DNA from: Acaryochloris marina S15
GTDB lineage: Bacteria; Cyanobacteriota; Cyanobacteriia; Thermosynechococcales; Thermosynechococcaceae
Reading direction: 5' to 3'
Length of the DNA stretch: 32,000 nt
Assembly: GCF_018336915.1 (NCBI RefSeq)
Contig: NZ_CP064923.1
Coordinates: 4,080,001-4,112,000 of the forward strand
Part shown: positions 16,180 to 23,840 of the stretch, piece after piece
How the letters are laid out: each line of letters starts with the position of its first letter
Numbering within the stretch: position 1 is the first letter of the stretch
Notes under the pieces: model-generated
Told to the model about the DNA's origin: nothing
Database searches by the model: none
What the model saw: only the letters and a program-made list of their open reading frames with translations
Made by a program: the position numbers and the translations under genes

Positions 16180-18012
16180 ATGACCTATTCAAGGAAGCCA
16201 GACATGGCTAATGAGACGCCGCTGCGCGATCCTGCCTATCAACTGTTTTTTCAAGAAGCATTAGAACTTTTACTGCAGATTGACACCACCTTACAAGAGG
16301 TTTTGCAAATTCCCAGTAAAACATCCATTGATTTTTTACTGGAGATGGCGCAGATCTTGGATGAGGGAGCCCAATCCCTGGATCTCACTCAGTTAGCCCA
16401 TCAGGTCCAAACCTTTTCGGGTTTCATGCTCAACTTACAGCAAGATCCCTTGGGGACGACCCCGGGGGATGCAGATCTGCTGAGGCAAGCCTATAAAGGG
16501 ATGCAAACAGCTTTAGAAGCTTATATTTCTGGCCCACCAGACTTAGACACTTCTTCAGAACTAGATTTTTCTGCCTATGTGCCTGTTTCTTTAGACGTCG
16601 CCGAAGATGAGTTAGCTGCCAATGGAAATTTAATGCTGCCAGCAGGGGGAAGCGATGTTACCTCTTTAATCTTGATCTCTGACGTTGCGGAAATTTTAGA
16701 GCAGCTCAATCAGGTATTGATCGAGCCCCAGGTCTACGACCTTGCGGCTGAGTTAAAAGCATTAACAGAAGCATTATTGGGTTGGGGAGAAGTCCTGGAG
16801 CTGAATGAGCTGACCACGATTGCTCAATCCACCTTGGAAATGTTGGACAGCAATCCCCAATCTGCGATTTCAATTGGTCAATTATCTTTGGCTGGCTTTC
16901 GAGCAGCCCATAAAACAGCCTTACAGGCATTGCAGACTGACTCTGTTTCACAGCAGAGTCCAGGGAATCAGCAGCAGAGCTCGGAGATGCTGGATACTCA
17001 ATCGATACCCACTGCCATGTTGTCCCCCATGGCTGCAGAAATTCCCACTGCTGAGTCATTATCGGCTTCAGATGAGGTGATCTTAAATGCTACCCAATTG
17101 TTTGTCTGGCAGCAGGAAAGGCTGCTATTTACAATTCCATCAGAAGCTGTGGCAGAAATCCTAATTCCTAGAGCTGAACAGTTGATGGGCAATGAGCATC
17201 AGCGTTGTTTAAGTTGGCAGCAACAATTTATCCCTATTCATCCCTTAGGGCATTTACTCAATCAAGGGGAGAGCCATTGGCCCCGGCTGACCGCAGCGGT
17301 ATTGCCTGGGAATGGAGTGGGCAGTCCCAAGGTATTTGGGAGTTCTCCCTTCGTTATTATTCATCAGGGGGGGCAGACCCTGGCGTTAGAAGTTGAAATC
17401 ACCCGATTGGTGACAGAGTCAGAGCTGGTTCTACAAATCCCAGAAGAACAAATCCATTGTCCTTATTTTTCTGGCGAGACGGCTTTGGAGTCAGAGGAGT
17501 ATGGGGTAGTAGATATTGCCGCCCTGCTCAATGAAATGTTGGATTTAAGTCCGCTGCCAATGCCAAAGGCAGTGCGGCTGTCCAGCCCAGCAGTGTCTGC
17601 CAGTCCCAAGCCTAAACGCCCTCAAAGGCTCCGTAAAAAAACGCGATCGCAAACCACAATACTCGTGGTTGATGATTCCAAAATGGTCCGCATGATGGTA
17701 ACCACGGCGCTACAATCAGCCGGATATGAAGTCCTAGAGGCTGCTGATGGGCAATTAGCCATCGAACAGGTAGAGCGAGCGGATATTCAGCTGATTATCT
17801 GTGACGTAGAAATGCCCAATATGAATGGGTTTGAGTTTCTAGAATATCGCTGCCGTCAGCCAGCCATTATGAACCTGCCGGTGGTGATGCTCAGTACCTG
17901 CAATAGCAATCAGCATCGACAGTTAGCGACAACCTTGGGCGCTAGTGCCTACCTGGCAAAACCTTATGATGAATCCAATCTCTTAGCCACCCTGCAATCG
18001 CTGGTGGGCTAA
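16180..18012 (+). CDS. CheA-like scaffold/response regulator: Hpt-like region(s) + CheW-like domain + CheY-like receiver, without dimerisation or HATPase domains
   Basis: Residues 17-88 are Hpt-like (YQLFFQEALELL...). Residues ~303-453 are CheW-like (LFVWQQERLLFTIPSEAVAEIL..FVIIHQGGQTLALEVE). Residues 493-610 are a REC domain with DD498-499, D542, S572/T573 and K594. I saw no N/G1/G2 ATP-binding boxes. An alternative start is the ATG at 16204. Confidence 0.8.
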   Translation: MTYSRKPDMANETPLRDPAYQLFFQEALELLLQIDTTLQEVLQIPSKTSIDFLLEMAQILDEGAQSLDLTQLAHQVQTFSGFMLNLQQDPLGTTPGDADLLRQAYKGMQTALEAYISGPPDLDTSSELDFSAYVPVSLDVAEDELAANGNLMLPAGGSDVTSLILISDVAEILEQLNQVLIEPQVYDLAAELKALTEALLGWGEVLELNELTTIAQSTLEMLDSNPQSAISIGQLSLAGFRAAHKTALQALQTDSVSQQSPGNQQQSSEMLDTQSIPTAMLSPMAAEIPTAESLSASDEVILNATQLFVWQQERLLFTIPSEAVAEILIPRAEQLMGNEHQRCLSWQQQFIPIHPLGHLLNQGESHWPRLTAAVLPGNGVGSPKVFGSSPFVIIHQGGQTLALEVEITRLVTESELVLQIPEEQIHCPYFSGETALESEEYGVVDIAALLNEMLDLSPLPMPKAVRLSSPAVSASPKPKRPQRLRKKTRSQTTILVVDDSKMVRMMVTTALQSAGYEVLEAADGQLAIEQVERADIQLIICDVEMPNMNGFEFLEYRCRQPAIMNLPVVMLSTCNSNQHRQLATTLGASAYLAKPYDESNLLATLQSLVG

Positions 18013-18067
18013 AATCATCCGCCATTGTTTGAGGGGAATGGCGTTTAGGGATAGATCTAGCTAGACG

Positions 18068-18289
18068 CTACACAGACTCTATTTCGTGCTCGCCCAAATG
18101 AATGCGGAGTTTTTTACTGAACTTAACGAGATAAGGGTAATTGGCGCTCACTTCTCGCCCTTGCCAGTCCTTGATGACTTGAATTAGCTCACCTTCCGTG
18201 CCTTTAATATCGAAGGGGTTATTTCGATGTTCAGGATGATGGTAGATAACAACTGATTCTTTGACGCGGACTTGATCGCCTACTTGCAT
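18068..18289 (-). CDS. ftrV: Ferredoxin-thioredoxin reductase variable subunit
   Basis: 73 aa. VGDQVRVKESVVIYHHPEHRNNPFDIKG..DWQGREVSANYPYLVKF matches the FTR variable chain as I remember it. Confidence 0.88.
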   Translation of the reverse strand: MQVGDQVRVKESVVIYHHPEHRNNPFDIKGTEGELIQVIKDWQGREVSANYPYLVKFSKKLRIHLGEHEIESV

Positions 18290-18589
18290 AACTTAGCCGA
18301 TTACTCTAAACAGGGGCATCAACTGCTTGCGAATCTCTAGAGAGACTGCAGAACAATCTCTTTTAATCTTTGCACAAGATGGACCGTTGCTGATGAAGCA
18401 GTTGCAGGACCTTGCTGTAAAAGCAAAACTTTAAAGTCAGCCAAAGCAAGCCCCAATCAACTAATGGAAGCTTAAAGGGATGTAACAGAAGATACTATTA
18501 TTTTTTGCAAAATGAAGGTTGGTCAGCCTAACTTGTAGGAGCAACCCCCGACACCGCTCCCCTATCGTCCTTGCACCCAAAGGTATCTC

Positions 18590-19837
18590 ATGCTTTCAGT
18601 TGCCCAAGCAGAGTCTCTCATTCTCAAGCTTGCTCTACCGCTCACCGATCAAGAAGTCACCTCTCTTCTCAACGCTCAGCAGCGGATTCTGGCCACAGAT
18701 ATTTCCAGTAAACTGGATTTTCCCTATTGGGATAATTCAGCGATGGATGGGTATGCGGTTCGCTACGAAGATCTCAAAACTTGTGGACCTGACACCCCAG
18801 CCATCCTTGATGTAGTGACGGAAATACCAGCCGGGACTTGCCCTAATATCTCGTTAGCTCCTGGGCAAGCTGCCCGCATTTTTACTGGGGCCATGCTGCC
18901 CCAGGGGGCAGATACAGTGGTGATGCAAGAGAATACGCTCCGACAAGGTGAGCAAGTTCATATCCTGCAATGCCCTCAACCCCAAGCCTTTGTCAGAAAG
19001 CGAGGCGCTTACTATCAAGGGGGAACACCGATTTTAAAGCAAGGCATTACTCTAACGCCTCCAGATATTGCCATTTTGGCAACGGTGCAGTGCACAGAGA
19101 TTCCTGTTTATCGTCGGCCCGTGGTCGCGATTTTATCGACAGGCAATGAGCTCATTGCCCCCGATCAGCCGTTACAGCCCGGACAAATTGTCGATTCCAA
19201 TCGGTATGCTTTAGCAGCGTTGGTGCAGGCAATGGGAGCGGAAGTGCGACTGGTAGATCCGGTGGGTGACCAAGTTGAGGATTTGAGAACTGCGATCTCA
19301 ACTACAATTCCCCAGACCGATGTAGTGATTTCCTCCGGGGGAGTCTCGGTTGGGGATTACGATTATGTGGATCAAGTACTGGCTGAGTTAAATGCTGATA
19401 TTCATATTCGGTCTGTGGCCGTTAAGCCAGGTAAACCTTTAACCTTTGCCACATTTCCTGCTGCAGACGGAAAGCAACCTGTCCTGTATTTTGGTCTACC
19501 AGGAAATCCTGTTTCGGCTTTGGTCAGTTTTTGGCGATTTGTGCAGCCCGCCCTCCGCAAAGTATCCGGTCAGGCTGCCAATTGGAGGCCTCAGTTTGTA
19601 GAAGCTAGAACCTTACATCCTTTACCAGCAGGCGGCCAGCGAGAAATTTATCTCTGGGGGAAATTGAGCCTGGATTCCGGCCAATATGAATTTGCATTAG
19701 CTGGCGGGAGTCATAGCTCTGGTAATCTGATGAATTTGTCTCAAACCAACGGTTTAGTTGTTATTCCTATCGATCATCCGGCAACAGAAGCTGGGGGGGT
19801 AGTGTCTGTGATGCAAGTGGAGGCAGCCAACACCTAA
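18590..19837 (+). CDS. moeA: Molybdopterin molybdotransferase
   Basis: 415 aa. It shows MoeA hallmarks (NSAMDGYAV, STGNEL, SSGGVSVGDYDY, KPGKP, GLPGNPVSA). Confidence 0.92.
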   Translation: MLSVAQAESLILKLALPLTDQEVTSLLNAQQRILATDISSKLDFPYWDNSAMDGYAVRYEDLKTCGPDTPAILDVVTEIPAGTCPNISLAPGQAARIFTGAMLPQGADTVVMQENTLRQGEQVHILQCPQPQAFVRKRGAYYQGGTPILKQGITLTPPDIAILATVQCTEIPVYRRPVVAILSTGNELIAPDQPLQPGQIVDSNRYALAALVQAMGAEVRLVDPVGDQVEDLRTAISTTIPQTDVVISSGGVSVGDYDYVDQVLAELNADIHIRSVAVKPGKPLTFATFPAADGKQPVLYFGLPGNPVSALVSFWRFVQPALRKVSGQAANWRPQFVEARTLHPLPAGGQREIYLWGKLSLDSGQYEFALAGGSHSSGNLMNLSQTNGLVVIPIDHPATEAGGVVSVMQVEAANT

Positions 19838-19992
19838 ACCATTCAAGCAGGCTCGATCAACCATAAAGTAGACCTTTATTAATGCCAAATCCATGACAAC
19901 CATTGGCATTCTTGGATCCTCAGTCTAAACTGTTGCCTAGCTGGTGCAATGCATTAGGCAATGGGAGAAGCAGCCAGCGACTTTAGTACAAA

Positions 19993-21342
19993 TTGTTTGC
20001 AGGAGTGATGGGCATGGCCACTGCCATCAAAATTAAACCCAAAGATCGGGATGCAGTGATTCAGGCCCTGCAAGCGGGCGTGGTTCCACGCAAAGGACAA
20101 CATTTGATTCAAGTGGGACGGGCTGAAGAAATTAAAGCCATTCTGCGAGATGTCGAACGCATCGCCGAAGGCGGCGCCGCCATCCGCTTCATTATTGGTG
20201 AGTACGGCTCGGGTAAAACCTTTTTCATCAATTTGACCCGCACCATTGCTTTAGAGAAAAAGCTGGTGACAGCCCATGCTGACCTAACGCCCGATCGGCG
20301 CTTACATGCGTCTAGTGGTCAAGCCCGGTCCCTGTATACCGAACTCATGGCCAACCTATCGACTCGCACCAAACCAGATGGTGGAGCTTTGCCCAGTGTC
20401 GTCGAACGATTTGTGACGTCAGCGATGACAGAAGGACGCGATCGCAAGGTCAATCCCGAGGACATTATCCGCGAGCGATTAGCTCATCTCTCGGAATTCG
20501 TCGGGGGGTATGACTTTGCCGAAGTAATTGCCGCCTACTGGCGCGGTCATGATAGCGGAGATGATGCCTTGAAAGCCAATGCAGTCCGCTGGCTCCGGGG
20601 AGAATTTTCAACCAAAACCGAAGCCCGAACGGCCTTAGGAGTCAGAACCATCGTGGATGATACCAACGTCTACGATCAACTCAAGCTTTTTGCCCAGCTG
20701 GTGAAACTAGCGGGATACGACGGCTTTATGATTTGCTTGGATGAGATGGTGAATCTATATAAACTCTCCAACACCCAGGCCCGCAAAAGCAATTACGAAC
20801 AAATTCTGCGCATCCTCAATGATTGTTTGCAGGGGAATGCTGGGCATTTAGGGTTTATGTTTGGTGGCACTCCTGATTTGCTAATGGATACACGCCGAGG
20901 ACTCTACAGCTATCCTGCGCTGCAAACGCGCTTGGCAGAGAATAGTTTTGCAGGTGACGGTCTAGTAGATTACAGTGGACCTGTTTTACGCTTAGCGAAC
21001 CTAAGTCCCGAAGACCTGTACGTGCTGCTGGGCAAAATTCGCCTAGTGTTTGCCGAAGGCAATACGAAGAAATCTCGCCTTCCAGATCAAGGCATCCAGG
21101 CATTTATGGCCCATTGCTCAGACTATATTGGCGAAGCGTACTTCCGTACCCCTCGCAATACCATTAAGGCCTTTGTCGATTTATTAGCAGTTCTTGAGCA
21201 AAACACCCAAGTATCCTGGAAAGATCTGGTCACTAAAGTCAGCATTGGTACGGACGTCAATGGAGGAGCCAGCCCCAAAGCAGCCTCCAAAAACGGAAAG
21301 AAAAGCCAAACCAATGATGATCTAGCTTCTTTCAAGTTGTAA
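19993..21342 (+). CDS. P-loop ATPase of the DUF2791 / BrxC-BrxD-like family (orphan)
   Basis: Walker A is GEYGSGKTF and Walker B is FMICLDEM. The N-terminus (ALQAGVVPRKGQHLIQVGR) is typical of this family as I remember it. The ORF opens at TTG 19993. A likelier start is the ATG at 20005 or 20011. Confidence 0.7.
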   Translation: MFAGVMGMATAIKIKPKDRDAVIQALQAGVVPRKGQHLIQVGRAEEIKAILRDVERIAEGGAAIRFIIGEYGSGKTFFINLTRTIALEKKLVTAHADLTPDRRLHASSGQARSLYTELMANLSTRTKPDGGALPSVVERFVTSAMTEGRDRKVNPEDIIRERLAHLSEFVGGYDFAEVIAAYWRGHDSGDDALKANAVRWLRGEFSTKTEARTALGVRTIVDDTNVYDQLKLFAQLVKLAGYDGFMICLDEMVNLYKLSNTQARKSNYEQILRILNDCLQGNAGHLGFMFGGTPDLLMDTRRGLYSYPALQTRLAENSFAGDGLVDYSGPVLRLANLSPEDLYVLLGKIRLVFAEGNTKKSRLPDQGIQAFMAHCSDYIGEAYFRTPRNTIKAFVDLLAVLEQNTQVSWKDLVTKVSIGTDVNGGASPKAASKNGKKSQTNDDLASFKL

Positions 21343-21382
21343 AAATCAGGGCTGTATCGCTTGAGTAACAGCCCTGATTTTT
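21341..21382. terminator. Bidirectional rho-independent terminator between convergent genes
   Basis: The stem aaaaatcagggctgt / acagccctgattttt is a perfect 15 bp around a 12-nt loop. It overlaps both stop codons (taa at 21340-21342 and tta at 21381-21383). Confidence 0.8.
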
Positions 21383-23255
21383 AATAGCGGGTTCCAGCTT
21401 TGCGATGATGAACTGCAGTTTTGACGTTAGATTTCAACACTTCACCGTTCTTGACCGTGGCATAGATGACCCAGTGGTCCCCACATTCCATCCGATTAGC
21501 CACTTCGCACTCCAAATAAGAGATTGATTCTTTCAGAATAGGACTGCCATTACTAGCAGTATCCGTTTCAAGCCCCTGAAATCGGTCTTCGCCTGGACCA
21601 AAAGACTTTAGGAAGTGCTTCATCGTTCGCTGATAGTTATCTTCACCCAAAATATTGAGCACAAACGTACTCTCGTTATGGAGTAAGGACTCAACGGCTC
21701 GCTCCTTGGCAACCGCAACCGTAAATCCCGGTGGATTGAAGGTGGCCTGTGAGACCCATGAGGCCAGCATCCCACTCGCAACATCGCCTTGCTTTGCAGT
21801 CAGAATACAGAGAGAACCGACAATTCGACCTACAGCCTGTTCCGTAGAAGTGGTTTGGGCTCCTAATTGGGTAGAACTTTGGGGACGAGATTTGGCTTTC
21901 TTGGCTTTCTTAATCTTTTGAGCAAAATCAGTGCCCGATTCTTCACAGCTTTTGAGAGTGACATCGGTCGGCTTGAATTTCACCTTAATGGAGTCAAACC
22001 CAAAGCTGTAACCTGCATCCCGCAACTTTCCTTCTAATAAATCAATCGCTTCACCACTCCAGCCAAAGGAACCAAAAACCCCCGTGGGCTTCGTTTTGGG
22101 AACAGTCGACAGCAGAATTCCTAGGGCCGTTTGAATTTGAGTCGGGGCATGTCCCCCAAGGGTTGGCGAACCAATAATAAAGCCCTCGCAATTGTCGGCA
22201 ACGGCTTGAATATCCTTGGGGCTAGCCGTTTCACAATTGATCACCTGCACCGCTACCCCTGCCTTGGTAATCCCTCGAGCGATCGCTTGGCCAATAGTGG
22301 CAGTATTGCCGTAGGCCGAAGCATAAAGAATCGCCACCGAACTGGTTTTCTTTTTCTGGACCTCACTCCATTGCTGATAGGTACGGGTCAGTTCCTGAAC
22401 ACCATACCGAACAATAGGACCGTGGTTAGGGGCATAGGTGCTGATCGCCAAAGGCGCTAACTTTTCGAGCACGACTTCGACCTGGCGGGCATAGGGGGCT
22501 TTCAAACAGTCAAAGTAATAGCGCCGATCTTCCCTCAGTTGAGTAGTGTTGTGGTCAAAGGCATCCTCGCTACAGAGATGAATGCCAAAGAATTTATCGG
22601 AAAAGAGCGTTCGAGTGGCAGCATCGTAAGTTAACAAGCTATCGGGATAGCGAGGCGTAGAGGCCCGAACAAACTGCAGTCGGTGCCCTTGTCCTAAATC
22701 CAGGGTCTTATCGCTGGCACTACTTCTGACAATCTTGAGATTCAGTTCATAGTCTGGGAGAGCAGATTTGAGGGCCGCTGCACCAGGGTTGGAACAAACG
22801 ATAGTGACGCTGGGAACCTGATCGAGAAGTCCCTTTAAGGTTTCTGCGCGGTTGGCATTGACATGACCCAGCACCAAATAATCCAGCGTCTGTAAATCAA
22901 AGTCAAAATCGTCTAAATCAACAGACTGCTGAGTCACCCACCGGAGTTGATCCCAAAGCCGACCGAATAGTGGTTTAAAGGCAGCACTCGACTGAGCCGA
23001 TATGGCCTGAAGCTGTTGAAAAAAGATTTCTGTGAAAGAGCCTCCTGGCGGATCGATCAGGGCAGTTTTATCCCCTTTAACGATGTAGGTATTGGCGGTT
23101 GTACCTCGTTCAAGAGCATATTCAATTTCAAATCGGAGGCGATTCCAACTGCGCGATCGCAACGCCAATGTCCCCGGTGCGACAGGAACCACCTGTACAT
23201 CTCTAGCTTTATCGGTTGCAGACTGGGAAGTGGGAGTAAGGGTGGATGGGGTCAT
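21381..23255 (-). CDS. Class-C flavodiiron protein, Flv1/Flv2-type (non-canonical diiron site)
   Basis: 624 aa with metallo-beta-lactamase-like, flavodoxin-like and flavin-reductase-like domains. HVNANR replaces the diiron ligand motif HxExDH. Its ATG at 23255 lies 4 nt after the upstream stop. Confidence 0.9.
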   Translation of the reverse strand: MTPSTLTPTSQSATDKARDVQVVPVAPGTLALRSRSWNRLRFEIEYALERGTTANTYIVKGDKTALIDPPGGSFTEIFFQQLQAISAQSSAAFKPLFGRLWDQLRWVTQQSVDLDDFDFDLQTLDYLVLGHVNANRAETLKGLLDQVPSVTIVCSNPGAAALKSALPDYELNLKIVRSSASDKTLDLGQGHRLQFVRASTPRYPDSLLTYDAATRTLFSDKFFGIHLCSEDAFDHNTTQLREDRRYYFDCLKAPYARQVEVVLEKLAPLAISTYAPNHGPIVRYGVQELTRTYQQWSEVQKKKTSSVAILYASAYGNTATIGQAIARGITKAGVAVQVINCETASPKDIQAVADNCEGFIIGSPTLGGHAPTQIQTALGILLSTVPKTKPTGVFGSFGWSGEAIDLLEGKLRDAGYSFGFDSIKVKFKPTDVTLKSCEESGTDFAQKIKKAKKAKSRPQSSTQLGAQTTSTEQAVGRIVGSLCILTAKQGDVASGMLASWVSQATFNPPGFTVAVAKERAVESLLHNESTFVLNILGEDNYQRTMKHFLKSFGPGEDRFQGLETDTASNGSPILKESISYLECEVANRMECGDHWVIYATVKNGEVLKSNVKTAVHHRKAGTRY

Positions 23256-23259
23256 GAAT

Positions 23260-23793
23260 CTATCCGTCTAACGGCAAGGAAGAACAAGGTTGAAATTGTG
23301 ATAAAAACTGCTGAACGGCTTTAGGATCGCGAAGCGTCATCACGGTCTGTGGGGAAGGCAGCGTAGCCAGCGCTTGGACAATTTTGGGGCGATTGTGACT
23401 GGGAAAACACCATACGTACCATAGGAACTGCCAGTTGAGTCGCTCGGGACAATGAGGGGCCATGTCAGGTCGAGTTTGACCACGATACTGCCAGATGCGC
23501 TTGAGGACATGTACCAGGCATTGCCAGCGAGAAAAATCTAGGAAGATAACCCTATCGGCAACCGGAAGACGCAGATCAAAAGTGCCACTGTAATTGCCGT
23601 CTATAATCCAGGCTTCTGATTGGACTAGGGCTTCCACTCGTCGCCGCCAAGCCTGTGGTTCGGTTTCCATCCAACCTGGCTGCCAATATGCTTGGTCTAA
23701 ATGGATCACTTTCAGGTTGAGAATAGACCCCAACTGCCGAGCTAAGGTAGACTTACCCGCCCCGCAATTTCCAATAATGGCAACCTTTTGCAC
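23260..23793 (-). CDS. P-loop NTPase, FlaR / topology-modulation / adenylate-kinase-like
   Basis: 177 aa. Walker A is GNCGAGKST. The HLDQAYWQPGW and IIDGNY pattern is typical of FlaR-like kinases. It sits between the two flv genes. Confidence 0.8.
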   Translation of the reverse strand: MQKVAIIGNCGAGKSTLARQLGSILNLKVIHLDQAYWQPGWMETEPQAWRRRVEALVQSEAWIIDGNYSGTFDLRLPVADRVIFLDFSRWQCLVHVLKRIWQYRGQTRPDMAPHCPERLNWQFLWYVWCFPSHNRPKIVQALATLPSPQTVMTLRDPKAVQQFLSQFQPCSSLPLDG

Positions 23794-23840
23794 TCATTTA
23801 GCCTCGAAAATACTCGCAACGATCGATAAAGGCCAAATCC

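Noticed and set aside
16084-16211. A 10-nt direct repeat, agttcatgac, at the MCP stop (16084-16093) and at the next gene's start (16175-16184), together with a 40-codon ORF (16089-16211, MTLIIHPLLCSAFGP...).
   Set aside because: The repeat is short enough to be chance. The small ORF has no RBS, overlaps the downstream start in another frame, and has no recognisable features.
18290-18589. Possible Moco riboswitch in the 300-nt region upstream of moeA.
   Set aside because: I could not find the conserved Moco-motif elements I remember or a convincing multi-stem fold. The region is also a divergent promoter region shared with ftrV. A covariance-model search (Rfam Moco_RNA_motif) would be decisive.
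18519-18815. A 98-aa plus-strand ORF overlapping the moeA start.
   Set aside because: It is out of frame with moeA and its product is low-complexity. The MoeA frame beginning at ATG 18590 explains the region.
19993-21342. A BREX defence system, suggested by the BrxD-like ATPase.
   Set aside because: No other BREX components are visible within 10 kb on either side (no PglX methyltransferase, PglZ, BrxA, BrxB, BrxC or BrxL). I report only an orphan ATPase.
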